A stretch of DNA of 64,000 nucleotides from a bacterium (GTDB lineage: Bacteria; SM23-31): NCBI GenBank assembly GCA_965249485.1, contig OZ252239.1, positions 3,232,001-3,296,000 of the forward strand, given 5' to 3'. This document shows positions 29,698-40,720 of this stretch, piece after piece (the first letter of the stretch is position 1; each line of letters begins with the position of its first letter). A program made the position numbers and the translations under genes. Under the pieces are notes generated by a model. The model saw nothing but the letters and a program-made list of their open reading frames with translations, did not search any database and was not told the origin of the DNA.

Positions 29698-30156
29698 ATG
29701 GAAAAGGCAGACACAAAGGCTCAGGCTAAATCCTTTGGAGTAAGAGGAGAGGTCTTTGACCGACTTGCAAACAGTACAGCTATTAACGACCTTACTAATT
29801 ATAAAGGTCTCCAAAAGAATGTTAAGTGGAAGTTGTCCCTCTACTTTGATAAAATCATAGATGCCAGTAGAGCTTATGGTAAAATGAAAACGGAACTCTT
29901 AAATGAGTACTGTAAGAAAGATAGGTTTGGAGAGAACCTTGAGACTGAATCTGGCTCTGGTAAGTTTATCCTCAAAGAAGAGCTTAGAGGAAAGTACTTT
30001 AAAGAACTAGAGAGACTTTCAGATGAAGAGATTGAATTTGCAGGAGAGAAGTTTAAATTAGCTTATACTTTAGTAGAAGAAGCTTTAAGTGCTCAGGCTA
30101 TATCTTATTTAAAACCCTTGATTGATTTTATCTATGACGAAGAAGATGACAAGTAA
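29698..30156 (+). CDS. Probable tail fibre chaperone-like protein
   Basis: Helical protein directly after fibre; ELLNEYCKKD..G pattern. Confidence 0.5.
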   Translation: MEKADTKAQAKSFGVRGEVFDRLANSTAINDLTNYKGLQKNVKWKLSLYFDKIIDASRAYGKMKTELLNEYCKKDRFGENLETESGSGKFILKEELRGKYFKELERLSDEEIEFAGEKFKLAYTLVEEALSAQAISYLKPLIDFIYDEEDDK

Positions 30157-31807
30157 AGTCAAACTTACTAAAGCTCAGAAAGAAGAGTTTGTAGGACAGA
30201 CCCTTAAGCAGTGTCAATTTGATACTAAGGTCTTCTCCAAGATATTCTTTCCTAGAAGATTTAAGCTCCCCTTTGCACATTTACCTTTACCTAATGAAGA
30301 TGGTAGTGAGGGTCTACCTATCCATGATAGACTCTTCAAAGCTATTGACGATAAAGAGAAAGCCAGAGTAGTAGTTAAGAGTTCTCGTAACATAGGTAAA
30401 ACTTCTATAGCTCAGTTGGCTGTACCTGCTAAGATTATTCTCTTTAGAGAGTATAACTTTATAGTCCCGATTTCAGTCACTGCGGCTCATGCTATGGCTC
30501 AGTCTGAGGCTCTTAAGAGGCAGATGGAAAGTCATAGTTTTATTAGAAAGTGGTTTGACCTTGAATGGGTAGAGAAGACTAAAGAACTATGGGTAGTAAG
30601 TAGTTATAATAAGATAACTGATGAGAAGCATGAAACTGTAGTAATGCCTAGAGGTTATACACAGCAGATAAGAGGGCTTATATGGGATGATTACCGACCT
30701 GATTTCTATATCCTTGATGATTTAGATGACCCTAAGGACTCTGAAGATGTCAGAGAAAAGAAACACACATGGGTCTTTGGAGACCTTCTTGACTCCCTTG
30801 CTGAGAATGAAACAGAAGATGATAGAGTAATAGCTATTGGTAACCCTTCTGGAGATGCCTCAGTTATAGGGAGATTGAGTGATGATGATGATTGGGAACA
30901 GATAAGTCTTCCTATCTGTGATGCGAATTATAACTCTTATTGGGAAGAGAAACACTCCTCGGAAGGATTGAAAAAGAAAGCTGATAACCATAGAAAGCAT
31001 AAGTTGTTTAGAGTATTCTGTCGAGAGTTTATGTGTATTGATATGCCTCCTGAGGAAAGAGCTTTGAAGGAGAAGTACTTCACAGATAATATCTTAGATG
31101 AAAATACCCACTCTCATGCTCTTTTGAAGAAGATGCTCCACTGTGCAGGTTTTGTAATAGTTGACCCTGCTAGAAGTGATGATTCTTCTGCTAACCCTAC
31201 CTCTATTGGAGGTTATGCTCTTGATACTAAGGTAGGTAAAATACTTGTAGATGATATGCTTAGTGAACACTTACAGCCCTCAGAGCAAAGGGAAAAGGCT
31301 TTTGAGATGTTCCTTGAACTTCCCAATCCTATGTTTATGTGTGTTGAGGACACCGGTCTCAAGCAACATATTCAACACCCTTGGGAAGATTATGCTCTAA
31401 GGATGGGTATTCCTTGTACCTTTATATGGTTGTCTCCTAGAGGAAAAGGTAAGCCTTTTAGAATTGGTATGTCAGAGCCTTACTTCCGAAGAGGAGATTT
31501 CCAATTTAGAGAATCTATAGTCAACATCTGTATGACTCAAGGTATTGCTTTTCCAACAGGAAGGTTAGATGACGTTATAGATAATCTTGCCTATGCTCCT
31601 CAAGTGCTGAAAGAGAACATGCAGTTTCTCCTTGATGAGGCTACTACAGGAGAATACGACCACAAGATTGAAGGAGAACTCAAGCAGAGAGTTGATTTAG
31701 AAGGTGTGGAAGTAAATGATGATGACTTTGAACTTCTAGAGAAAAGTCGGTATGAACATGATAATGAATTTATAGAAGATCCCTATCAGTCTGGAGATAT
31801 TATCTAA
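30146..31807 (+). CDS. terL: Terminase large subunit
   Basis: SSRNIGKT Walker A, QIRG, YILDDLDD Walker B, VIVDPA and DDVID nuclease motifs. Confidence 0.9.
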   Translation: MTSKVKLTKAQKEEFVGQTLKQCQFDTKVFSKIFFPRRFKLPFAHLPLPNEDGSEGLPIHDRLFKAIDDKEKARVVVKSSRNIGKTSIAQLAVPAKIILFREYNFIVPISVTAAHAMAQSEALKRQMESHSFIRKWFDLEWVEKTKELWVVSSYNKITDEKHETVVMPRGYTQQIRGLIWDDYRPDFYILDDLDDPKDSEDVREKKHTWVFGDLLDSLAENETEDDRVIAIGNPSGDASVIGRLSDDDDWEQISLPICDANYNSYWEEKHSSEGLKKKADNHRKHKLFRVFCREFMCIDMPPEERALKEKYFTDNILDENTHSHALLKKMLHCAGFVIVDPARSDDSSANPTSIGGYALDTKVGKILVDDMLSEHLQPSEQREKAFEMFLELPNPMFMCVEDTGLKQHIQHPWEDYALRMGIPCTFIWLSPRGKGKPFRIGMSEPYFRRGDFQFRESIVNICMTQGIAFPTGRLDDVIDNLAYAPQVLKENMQFLLDEATTGEYDHKIEGELKQRVDLEGVEVNDDDFELLEKSRYEHDNEFIEDPYQSGDII

Positions 31808-33813
31808 TGCCATTCTTTGAAGGACAGGCAGATTTCTCAAACAATCAGTTGATTTCTCTTAAAGAGGCTTTACGGAAAGAGAAGCATACTTACTCTTATC
31901 CTAGAAAATTAGACCTGAAACCTGATTCTAAGTTCCATAGGTTCCTCCTTGATAAGCTAATGCCAGAGGCTATTAAGTCTAGAGAGTTCATGCAAGAGAA
32001 GCACCCTACAATGGAGAAAATTGACAAGACTCTTACTGCCTTTGTAAACCTGAGTGAGGAAGAGAAAAAGGTTAAGGACAAAGATGACCGAACTCCAACC
32101 TCTATAGTGGTTCCAGTTTCTTATGCTTCCTTAGATACTCTGATGACCTTCACTTCCCTACTCTATCTTCAAGACCCTCTGTTTAAATACGAAGGTACAG
32201 GCACAGAACCTAGTGATACTTTAGGAGCAATACTTCTTGAACTCGTAGTTCAGAGACAAGCCTATAAGACCAAGATGGCTCTTGACATTAATCCTATTCT
32301 GAGGTCTGGTTTCTCCTATGGCTTTGGCTTCGGTGGTGTCTGGTGGAAAGAAGTTCATGGGATGAGAACGGTGAGGAAATCTAAGACAGGTAAGGATAAA
32401 CTTATTGACTTCCTTTCTCAAAACTTCCCTCAGATACCAGAAACAAAGAATGAGAAGACTAGAGAGAAGGTTTTGAAGTATGAAGGTAATGAGATAGAAC
32501 CTATTGACCCTTATCTCACACTCCTTGACCCTAATATCTCTATACATAAGTTTCAGAATGGGGAACTCTTTGGATGGATAAGTCCGACTAATGTGACTAC
32601 TCTTTTAGAGCAGGAACAGTGGAATGACTCTCTCTTCAATGCCAAGTGGTTGCAACACTTTGATGCTAGGTCTACTCTTAATATGCAAGCCGGTGAGAAT
32701 AGAGGAGGCTCCTTTGACTCTAATAGAGACTCCGCTAGAGTAGGCAGACCCTCCGACATCATAATAATGATGAAGACTATCACTCCTAATGATTGGTATG
32801 ATGCAGAGAGTGGAAAGAAACTAGGAGATAGAAAGACTCCTGAGGATTGGATATTCACTATAGGTGGTGACCAAGTTATAATGATGGCAGAACCTATTGA
32901 CTCTGACTATGGAGGGTTCCCTATAGCAGGAGCTTTTCCCAACTATGATGGTTTTAGTGCTGTTCCAGTGAGTCATCTTGAACTCATCTATGGGATGCAA
33001 GAAATTATGGATTGGCTTGTCCGGTCTAGAATGTCAAACGTACGGAAAGTAATCCACGACATGCTTGTTATAGACCCTTACCTCATCAACTATTGGGATG
33101 CTAAAAACCCTGGCTCTGGTAAACTTATCAAAGCGAGACCTCCTGCTAGAGGAAGAGGAATCCTTGATAAGGGAATCCATCAACTCAAGGTACAAGACGT
33201 TACAGCTAATCACATGAACGACATGGGTTATTGGAATAAGATGATTAAAGAAGTCCTTGCTACTACTGATGCTCTTGAGGGTATACCTAGAGACCATAGT
33301 GGAAGAGTTACTGCAACTGAGTTTGAAGGTACTAAGGTCTCAGCGGCGGCTAGGATAGAAAACTCTGCCTCATTAATAGGCTTACAACTTATGCAGGACT
33401 TAGCTGATATAATAGCTTCTAACACTCAACAGCACATGAGTGAAGAAGTCTATGCTAACACAGTTGGTGAGTGGGAACAAACCTTAAAGGAACAATATGG
33501 TGTAGGTGACAGAATCAAGGTCTCTCCTTTCGACATACTTATAGACTATGACGTAGTGAGTAAGAAAGCTACTCCTAAAGGAGGTCAGAGAATAGATGTC
33601 CTTGCTCAAGTTTTCCAAGCCATAGCAGGAAGCGAGACTTTACAGAGAGAATATGACATGGTTCGTATGGCAGGAGCATTGTTCACAGAGATGGGCTTCA
33701 AAGACATAAGTGCCTTCAAGAGGACTCCACAAGAAAGGCAAATCATCTCTGATGAACAAGCGGCTCAAGGAGCAAAGTTAGGTAACCTAGCACCAGTAGA
33801 GGAATTTGTATAA
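31807..33813 (+). CDS. Portal protein
   Basis: 668 aa directly after terL; RVTATE motif. Confidence 0.85.
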   Translation: MPFFEGQADFSNNQLISLKEALRKEKHTYSYPRKLDLKPDSKFHRFLLDKLMPEAIKSREFMQEKHPTMEKIDKTLTAFVNLSEEEKKVKDKDDRTPTSIVVPVSYASLDTLMTFTSLLYLQDPLFKYEGTGTEPSDTLGAILLELVVQRQAYKTKMALDINPILRSGFSYGFGFGGVWWKEVHGMRTVRKSKTGKDKLIDFLSQNFPQIPETKNEKTREKVLKYEGNEIEPIDPYLTLLDPNISIHKFQNGELFGWISPTNVTTLLEQEQWNDSLFNAKWLQHFDARSTLNMQAGENRGGSFDSNRDSARVGRPSDIIIMMKTITPNDWYDAESGKKLGDRKTPEDWIFTIGGDQVIMMAEPIDSDYGGFPIAGAFPNYDGFSAVPVSHLELIYGMQEIMDWLVRSRMSNVRKVIHDMLVIDPYLINYWDAKNPGSGKLIKARPPARGRGILDKGIHQLKVQDVTANHMNDMGYWNKMIKEVLATTDALEGIPRDHSGRVTATEFEGTKVSAAARIENSASLIGLQLMQDLADIIASNTQQHMSEEVYANTVGEWEQTLKEQYGVGDRIKVSPFDILIDYDVVSKKATPKGGQRIDVLAQVFQAIAGSETLQREYDMVRMAGALFTEMGFKDISAFKRTPQERQIISDEQAAQGAKLGNLAPVEEFV

Positions 33814-34211
33814 TGGCTATAAGGAACATAGATGAAGAGATGAGACAAGAGCCTAAAAATCTCCAAGAAGATGATGCTATTAGAAAGGCTATGGATGAAC
33901 AAGATGAAGGTTTAGACCTTACTTCTCAAGAAGAAGCAGAAGCTATAAAAGGAGACCCTACAGAGCCTAGTGTCAAGGGGCTTAGTGGTAGAGAGCTTTA
34001 TGAACTACAGACTCATTCTCATCTCTGGAAAAGGTATGTAGAATGGTTAGAGTTTGAAGCTAAGATGATTCAAACAGCAGACCTTGATAATGATGACCCT
34101 CTTGTTACAGCAAAAGCTAAAGGTAAGGTGCTAGGACTGAGGACTGCTATGAGATTTCCACAAGAAGCAATACAGTTACTAAGAGATAAACAGCGTGAAG
34201 GAGAAATGTAA
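33813..34211 (+). CDS. Hypothetical head-associated protein
   Basis: Between portal and scaffold, coupled stops/starts. Confidence 0.65.
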   Translation: MAIRNIDEEMRQEPKNLQEDDAIRKAMDEQDEGLDLTSQEEAEAIKGDPTEPSVKGLSGRELYELQTHSHLWKRYVEWLEFEAKMIQTADLDNDDPLVTAKAKGKVLGLRTAMRFPQEAIQLLRDKQREGEM

Positions 34212-35008
34212 TGGCAGAAGTAGACGCAAGTGAAGTCTTGGATGATTTAGAGGAGGAAGAGGAAGAAACCTCTAAGGAAGAGGAGACTGAGGAGGAAGAA
34301 GTAGAAGACTCCGAAGAATCTGATGAAGAAGAGGAGGAAGAAGAACTCTCCGAAGAAGAACAAAAAGAGAAAGAAGAGAAAGCCGAGGAGGCAAAAAGAG
34401 ATACGGAAAGGACTGAGGACAGGGCAAGTCAGTTTAGGATGTTAGATGAACTGGATACTAGTCCTGAAATCGACCATACAGTTAAAGAACCGGAGGTAAT
34501 TAGCAAGCTAGAGTTTGATGAGATAGAGTATATCTCAGAGGATGACATGGCTAGTCTTGTTACTGCCGAAGGTTCATTGGATAGGGCTTCCTTGAATAAG
34601 ACTTTTAATAAAGTAGGAGTACAGGCTTTTAAGCAAGCTCTCAAAGCGTTACCGGCTGTATACTCAGCTTTAATGAAGGAGACTAGAGAGAATCAAGCAG
34701 AGGTTACTAAGTTCTATAAAAAACCTGAGAATGCCATACTTGCTCCTTATACGGACATTATGAGCAAACTAGTGGGAAAGATTAGAGCTAAAGACCCTAA
34801 CTTGACTGCCCTAGAAGCTCTCAATGAAGCGAGAACCAAGACGGTGACTCTCTTGGGACTTAAAGAGAAAGTTATCTCCTCTAGTAAAAAGTCAGGCAAG
34901 CAGAAAGGTAAACGACCTCCCTCAGGAAAAGGGAAAGGTAAAGCCTCTGGCAAGCCATCAAAACAGACTGCCCTCCAGAAGAGAATGGAAAGTGAACTTG
35001 GAATCTAG
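34211..35008 (+). CDS. Putative scaffolding protein
   Basis: Very acidic N-terminus, basic C-terminus, position before capsid. Confidence 0.7.
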   Translation: MAEVDASEVLDDLEEEEEETSKEEETEEEEVEDSEESDEEEEEEELSEEEQKEKEEKAEEAKRDTERTEDRASQFRMLDELDTSPEIDHTVKEPEVISKLEFDEIEYISEDDMASLVTAEGSLDRASLNKTFNKVGVQAFKQALKALPAVYSALMKETRENQAEVTKFYKKPENAILAPYTDIMSKLVGKIRAKDPNLTALEALNEARTKTVTLLGLKEKVISSSKKSGKQKGKRPPSGKGKGKASGKPSKQTALQKRMESELGI

Positions 35009-35016
35009 GAGGAAGT

Positions 35017-35358
35017 ATGTCATTACGACAAGGAGCGAAGGGATTAGTAGATGACCTTGTGAACACAGGGGATGCTACTCATATCTCTACCGCTTATACT
35101 GCTCTGAGGTCAGATAGGCTCATAATCGCAGATATGTCTTCTGCGGCTTATGCTCTTACTCTGCCCCCTGTAGCAGAAAGTGAAGGACAGGAATTGGTTA
35201 TTGAGGCTCCTGTAGGGAACACCAATACTTTGACTGTTCAAGATGCAGGAGACTGCATTAACGCTGTATCTGATACCACTGCTCACGATAGTGCAGGAAG
35301 TGTCAGCTTATGGAAAAGTACCGGTAGACAGTGGTTACTCATTGGAGCCGCCGCCTAA
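35017..35358 (+). CDS. Putative capsid decoration protein
   Basis: Small beta-rich, ALTLPPVA..G.EL pattern. Confidence 0.55.
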   Translation: MSLRQGAKGLVDDLVNTGDATHISTAYTALRSDRLIIADMSSAAYALTLPPVAESEGQELVIEAPVGNTNTLTVQDAGDCINAVSDTTAHDSAGSVSLWKSTGRQWLLIGAAA

Positions 35359-35418
35359 ACCCTAACCCTTTTTTCACTCTATAGGTGAAAATGTTCATCC
35401 TCTAACAGGAGAAGTATC

Positions 35419-36753
35419 GTGGAACAAGACTTAATAAAGCTCGGTATGGTAGGGTCAGGGCATTGGAGCACAGACCTTGGTGGGCAGAGACCTACCAACT
35501 ACAGGGAGAAAATCCTTGAACTGTCACCCAATGGCGATACCCCACTTACCGGAATGCTCAGTAAGCTCCCCTCAGAGAGTACTAATGATGTCAGGTATAA
35601 CTGGTTTTCAGAAAGTACTCCCAAACAGGGTGGAGCTATCACTAACATTTGGACTAATGCGGCTTTGGCTTCAGCCTATAGTACGACCTCAGGTCAGGCT
35701 GTTGACACCTCTGCTTTTGTTCAAGTATCAGAACTTGTAGCTGAGGAGTTTAGAGTAGGTCATTCAGCATTGTTGACCTCTACAGACTTCTCCTATATGG
35801 ACACTATGGTGAAAGTCACCAGTGTCTTGAAAAATGGAGCTAACTCTTATATAGGTATAAGGCTCCTTGAAGCAGATGATAATGGTTCGGCTAATACTAA
35901 GACTATTACCTCATGTGATTATATCTATGTAGCCGGAAATATCAATCCCGAAGGTGGAGGTACGCCGGATGGTATCATCTATGAACCTAGTGAGTTCTAC
36001 AATCTGACTCAGAACTTCCGTACTCCCTTTGTCATGTCAGGGGATGCTCTGGAAACTAAGCTTAGAACTGGAGATGCTCGCCAGAGGTATCGTAGGAGAC
36101 AACTCCTGCTTCATGGTCTGGAACAGGAATTTGCCTTCTTCTTCGGAATTAGGACTTCCAACACAGGCAGTAATAATCAGTTAGAGCGTACTACTATGGG
36201 TATAACGACCTTTATTAGAACGTATGCTTCGACTAATGAAGTTGACTACCGACTCTCAAGTACCTACCAAGGTCAGAAGTGGAGAGACAAAGGTGTTGAT
36301 TTCTTGGATGATATTGGTGAAGCAGGCTTTAAGTTCGGCTCAGAGGACAAAGTAGCCTTCACTGGCTCAGGTGCTCTGAAAGGTATCTCTCAGGCAATCA
36401 GGGATATGGGTGACTATAACATCAGCCAGCAGACCGTAGCCTATGGGTTGAATGTAAGAACCTTAACCGCACCACAGGGTACGCTTCATCTTCTGATTCA
36501 TCCTTTGTTTAATCACAGGACTATTGGGTATTACAACTCTCTTGTAATTATAGACCCTAGAAATTTGGTCTATAGGTACATGCAGAATAGAGATACCCGA
36601 CTTGTGAAGTTGAAAAATAACCCCGATGACCCTGATACCCTCGGTATTGATGGAATTATCGAGGAGTACAGAACGTCATGCGGTCTGGAACTCCATCATG
36701 CTGATACCTTCCATCTGTATCATGGTATTGGCTTAGATAACGTAGCTGCTTAG
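35419..36753 (+). CDS. Major capsid protein
   Basis: SPNGDTPL, YNWF, YNLTQNFRT, EQEFAFFFG, GLEL; position after scaffold. Confidence 0.85.
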   Translation: MEQDLIKLGMVGSGHWSTDLGGQRPTNYREKILELSPNGDTPLTGMLSKLPSESTNDVRYNWFSESTPKQGGAITNIWTNAALASAYSTTSGQAVDTSAFVQVSELVAEEFRVGHSALLTSTDFSYMDTMVKVTSVLKNGANSYIGIRLLEADDNGSANTKTITSCDYIYVAGNINPEGGGTPDGIIYEPSEFYNLTQNFRTPFVMSGDALETKLRTGDARQRYRRRQLLLHGLEQEFAFFFGIRTSNTGSNNQLERTTMGITTFIRTYASTNEVDYRLSSTYQGQKWRDKGVDFLDDIGEAGFKFGSEDKVAFTGSGALKGISQAIRDMGDYNISQQTVAYGLNVRTLTAPQGTLHLLIHPLFNHRTIGYYNSLVIIDPRNLVYRYMQNRDTRLVKLKNNPDDPDTLGIDGIIEEYRTSCGLELHHADTFHLYHGIGLDNVAA

Positions 36754-37347
36754 TTGGTAGGCGTTGTTCATGGTCAAGGAATGGAGATAATTGCCTCTGG
36801 TACTGCTACTCTAGAGAATGCCGCGTCATTTGGTGCTCTTAAGGGTAGTATAGATACCACTGAGACAGAGAGTTTTCAGCTTCTTGACATATAGTCATTT
36901 CCTCAAAGGATAGGGAGGGTTACTCCTTTACATTCTACTATTTTAGGAGTTGCATCAGACTCTCTAGAATTTGGTTTGATAGAGGAAATTAGGCTTGTTC
37001 ATCCTTTAAGCCTGTATGCTTGGTTAGATATAACTGGGCAGACTACCACAGGTAAACAGAGACGCTTTCGGGCACAGATAGCTACAAGTATGACAGGGAG
37101 TTTCTTTAATGCTACGGTATCAAGTCCTACTGTATTGGATAGTTGGACTGCTCCGAAAAACATTAGTGCTACTGCTTTAAATACTATGATAGTGACTCAA
37201 GGTACTAATGCTACTCTGTTCAGGAGAGAGTTTGAGATACCTGTAGGCAGGGCAGGCACGTTGAGGTTCTTTAACACTGCTGTAGACTCAGCAGGAGACG
37301 TAGTCAGTGGAACTTCAACAGTAAAGTGGATGCTTCATAGCACCTAG
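36754..37347 (+). other. In-frame continuation of capsid frame with internal TAG (36892-36894)
   Basis: Same frame as MCP, phage-like codon usage throughout; includes ORF 36976-37347, which lacks a clear RBS. Confidence 0.5.
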
Positions 37348-37386
37348 TATAAACAGAGCAAACTATAAAGACTAGGAGGAATTGGT

Positions 37387-38151
37387 ATGAATTTAGGAGA
37401 GGTTCGTGCTCTCCTGATTGCAGAGTCAGGGAGGCGTGATTTAGTTAATGATGACGGCTCTAACTTCGGTGGGGCAGTTGCCACCTCTGGAGCTAATAGT
37501 GTCATAAATGAGACACAAAGGTTTCTAGATGGGAAAGTGTCCCACCTGAGGACTCCGCTATGGTATTTTCAAGAACTAACGGCTAGTGACTTTAAGATAG
37601 AGCTTTTGGACTGTACTACTATATTGAATGTCTTTGTAAATGACAGTAGAGGATTACATGAACTGACCTTGTTAGAGAACAATGAGATACTCACCGACTT
37701 TAACACTAGACCAATTAGTTCTATAAATACAGGTAGACCTAACAACTATCAAGACTTTCCCATAGGTCTTGCTCCAGTTACCTCTAACCTGTATACTAAT
37801 CAAACTGCCTTTGATGCGGCTATAAGTTATGAAGGCTCTAGAATAAAGTTCGGAGACCATCACAAATACAAGGGATTAATCATAATGCCTCCCTCTGATG
37901 GAGTCTATACTCTTGCAGTTAAGGGGAGGTTCAAAGCGAAGACACTTGCTCTTGATGCCGACCTGAGTTATTGGACTTCGGCAGAACCGTATACTCTTGT
38001 AGATGGATGTCGGGCAATCTTGGAGAAGAAAAGGAGAAACTTCTCTGGCTTTCAAGAATGGGAAGCTCAAGTGGAGACTTGGTTATTAAGTATAGAGAAT
38101 GAGAACTTAGACTCACAGCTAGAGAATGATAATGGTATTATGAATGGTTAG
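37387..38151 (+). CDS. Putative head-tail adaptor
   Basis: Position and size; IIMPPSDGVYTL pattern. Confidence 0.6.
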   Translation: MNLGEVRALLIAESGRRDLVNDDGSNFGGAVATSGANSVINETQRFLDGKVSHLRTPLWYFQELTASDFKIELLDCTTILNVFVNDSRGLHELTLLENNEILTDFNTRPISSINTGRPNNYQDFPIGLAPVTSNLYTNQTAFDAAISYEGSRIKFGDHHKYKGLIIMPPSDGVYTLAVKGRFKAKTLALDADLSYWTSAEPYTLVDGCRAILEKKRRNFSGFQEWEAQVETWLLSIENENLDSQLENDNGIMNG

Positions 38152-38162
38152 GAGGTTTTAGA

Positions 38163-38771
38163 ATGGAGAAGAAGGACTATACTGCTGAGGGTAGAGCTGA
38201 GGCTCAAGTAGCTGATATACAAGCTGAGTGGACTCTCTACCAAAGCAAACATGAAGGAGGTATAGTAGAAGCGGCTAGGGTAAATAAGACCGGCTATGTG
38301 AAGACTGTGGAAGGAGAGCAGTTCGGAATTATAGGAGATATGGTCGTCAAGATGGAAGACGGTGAAGGTAATATGACCGGAATTACTCTCTACCCTCAAG
38401 CTACATTCAACCTCCACTTTATTAAAGGTAAGAGTCTCTTTATGGAACATACAGTTGAAAAGATTGAGGCTCTTCCTATAAGGACTGAACCTAAAACTGC
38501 TCCTGTAGTTGTAGAGGAGGTCAAGTTTCAGCCTAAACCTAAAACCTCTCTTACTGGAACAGACGTCACTCCTGTAGAAGACACTTCTACGAATAACTTC
38601 ACTCCTGTGGAAGATAGCTCTACCTCAGGTGTAGAAGAGGTGAAATATGAACCTCCAATTACTGAATCAGAGGAGGAAGCTCAGAAGACAGAAGAACCTC
38701 CTCCTTCACCTGTAGAGAAGATGCCTACTACTAAAAAGAAGAAATCAACCCCTAAAGTGAAGAAGAAGTAA
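38163..38771 (+). CDS. Hypothetical protein with low-complexity tail
   Basis: P/E/T/K-rich C-terminus. Confidence 0.65.
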   Translation: MEKKDYTAEGRAEAQVADIQAEWTLYQSKHEGGIVEAARVNKTGYVKTVEGEQFGIIGDMVVKMEDGEGNMTGITLYPQATFNLHFIKGKSLFMEHTVEKIEALPIRTEPKTAPVVVEEVKFQPKPKTSLTGTDVTPVEDTSTNNFTPVEDSSTSGVEEVKYEPPITESEEEAQKTEEPPPSPVEKMPTTKKKKSTPKVKKK

Positions 38772-40720
38772 TGGCTAGGGAATTTCCTGCTGACTTAAGT
38801 GATGCTTTACAGAAGGGTCTTCGCCCCGACTATCGTAGTGGAGCCAACAAGGACTTCCTCTACTCTCTTAAGAACGGTAAGCCTACTCCCTTCGGTCTCT
38901 CAGGACATACTAGGATAGAACAAGCTGTGAACATCACAGATAATGTCTTCCCCTTCCCTCAGTTATTCAGAGGTAGAGAGGTCACACTCCTTTGCTATGA
39001 GACCCTTATTTATACTGTAGATGAAAGTGATTGGAGTACTACACTCCTTACACTTTATGACGTAGATGACCCTAGCTTCACTACTGTGAAACTAGCAGAG
39101 GCAGGAGGAGCTTGGCACTTTCAGGACTTTGGCTCTGCTTGGGTACTCACTAATGGAGTCAGTACTATAATGAAGCTGAGTATAGAAGATGAGTATTTAG
39201 TCCAAGATACAGTTACAGTCAATACTGCTTGTGTCTATCATGGTCGGTCTATCATGGCAGGGTTTGACTCCGATAACTTTTGGAAGTCAACTTGGATAAC
39301 TCTCTTAGCTAATTATAGTAATGAGCTAGAGGCTACTGTGCAAGCTGTAGTTTTAGCTCACTCTATTCACAACAATTATGTCATGTGGAGTAACATAGGT
39401 GGTGGAGCAGGAGATTTGTTTTGGCTTCTGTTCCCCGACCTAGCAGATGATGGAACTATAGCTAACCATGTTTCTGCTCAGGGAACAGTTATACTCTTAG
39501 CTCTTCCTGTTCCGGGAGATTTTATCAATGTAAGGAATACAATTATAACCTTTGGAGTTGATGTCACTATAGGGAGTACTATCTCAGCTACAATAACTAA
39601 TCTCTCTAACTGGATACAGGCTAATCTTATTGATGCAACAGGTATAATTTCTGCTACAGAAGTTGTGGATAATGCTGTCAGACTCACCACCCCTTCTTTA
39701 TCCTCTTTTGGAAACAATGATGTTCTTGAAGCGGCTCAGATGGTCTCTGATGAGAGAGTAAGAATAGACACCTTTGGAGTTACTAGAAGTGGAACACTTT
39801 ACTCCTCTCACGGAAGTGCCTCTACTCCCCTTTGGCTTGAGCACCTTAATGAGAATGAAATGGGCTTCGCTCCTATGCCCTTCCAAGGTATGATACAGTC
39901 AGTAATGCCTATGGAGAAACCTTCTGGAGTCGGAGGAGGGATTGTGGTCTATGGCTCTAATGGTATTGCAGTAATGAGAGAAACTATGATAGAGGAGACT
40001 CTCAATACCTTTGGAGTTGACCTTGTGAGTAAAGTAGGTATTCCAGATAGAGGAGCCGTAGGAACTGCTGATAATGGTGAGGTTCATGTCTTTATAGGTA
40101 AAGATGGAATATTGAGGTCAATAGATAGTGACTTTAGAATTCAGACTTTAGGCTACAAGGAGTTCTTCTTTCCACTTGCTAACCCCGACTTAATTATAGC
40201 TAAATCGGACATAGCAGTGAATTATGAACCAGAGGAAGAAGAGTTCTTTATAAGTAATAATCAAGATTGTTATGTCCTCACAAAGAACGGTCTAGGTTCC
40301 TCTCCTCAGTTGGTAACCTCTCTTTATAACATAGAAGGTCTTATTGTAGGAATGTTTGATGAGAAGGATGAGAGCTTTCTAGAACTGACCTTTGATGAGC
40401 TAGATATGGGTTATAGGGGAGAGAAAACTATAGACACAGTTGAGGTCTCAGGTCGGTGGGAAAATGACCCTCATGTATGTGCCTTCTTCAAGTATGACCA
40501 AAAAGACGAATGGAGACAGACCTCATGGGTAAGAGTGAACTCTAGAGGTTCCGCTGTTGTGATGATTTCAGCCAACTACATAATGATTGGAGTTAGAGTC
40601 CATCCCTTTGAAGGGGCAGTCATTCACTCTGTCATGGCAAAATGGAAACGAGAAGACTTAAGAGATGTAAGAGGAGTCCAACCTCAAGCAGTGAGAATAG
40701 TGAATAGGGAGTTTGAATAA
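38771..40720 (+). CDS. Putative tail nozzle/stabilisation protein
   Basis: 649 aa beta-rich at podovirus nozzle position. Confidence 0.6.
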   Translation: MAREFPADLSDALQKGLRPDYRSGANKDFLYSLKNGKPTPFGLSGHTRIEQAVNITDNVFPFPQLFRGREVTLLCYETLIYTVDESDWSTTLLTLYDVDDPSFTTVKLAEAGGAWHFQDFGSAWVLTNGVSTIMKLSIEDEYLVQDTVTVNTACVYHGRSIMAGFDSDNFWKSTWITLLANYSNELEATVQAVVLAHSIHNNYVMWSNIGGGAGDLFWLLFPDLADDGTIANHVSAQGTVILLALPVPGDFINVRNTIITFGVDVTIGSTISATITNLSNWIQANLIDATGIISATEVVDNAVRLTTPSLSSFGNNDVLEAAQMVSDERVRIDTFGVTRSGTLYSSHGSASTPLWLEHLNENEMGFAPMPFQGMIQSVMPMEKPSGVGGGIVVYGSNGIAVMRETMIEETLNTFGVDLVSKVGIPDRGAVGTADNGEVHVFIGKDGILRSIDSDFRIQTLGYKEFFFPLANPDLIIAKSDIAVNYEPEEEEFFISNNQDCYVLTKNGLGSSPQLVTSLYNIEGLIVGMFDEKDESFLELTFDELDMGYRGEKTIDTVEVSGRWENDPHVCAFFKYDQKDEWRQTSWVRVNSRGSAVVMISANYIMIGVRVHPFEGAVIHSVMAKWKREDLRDVRGVQPQAVRIVNREFE

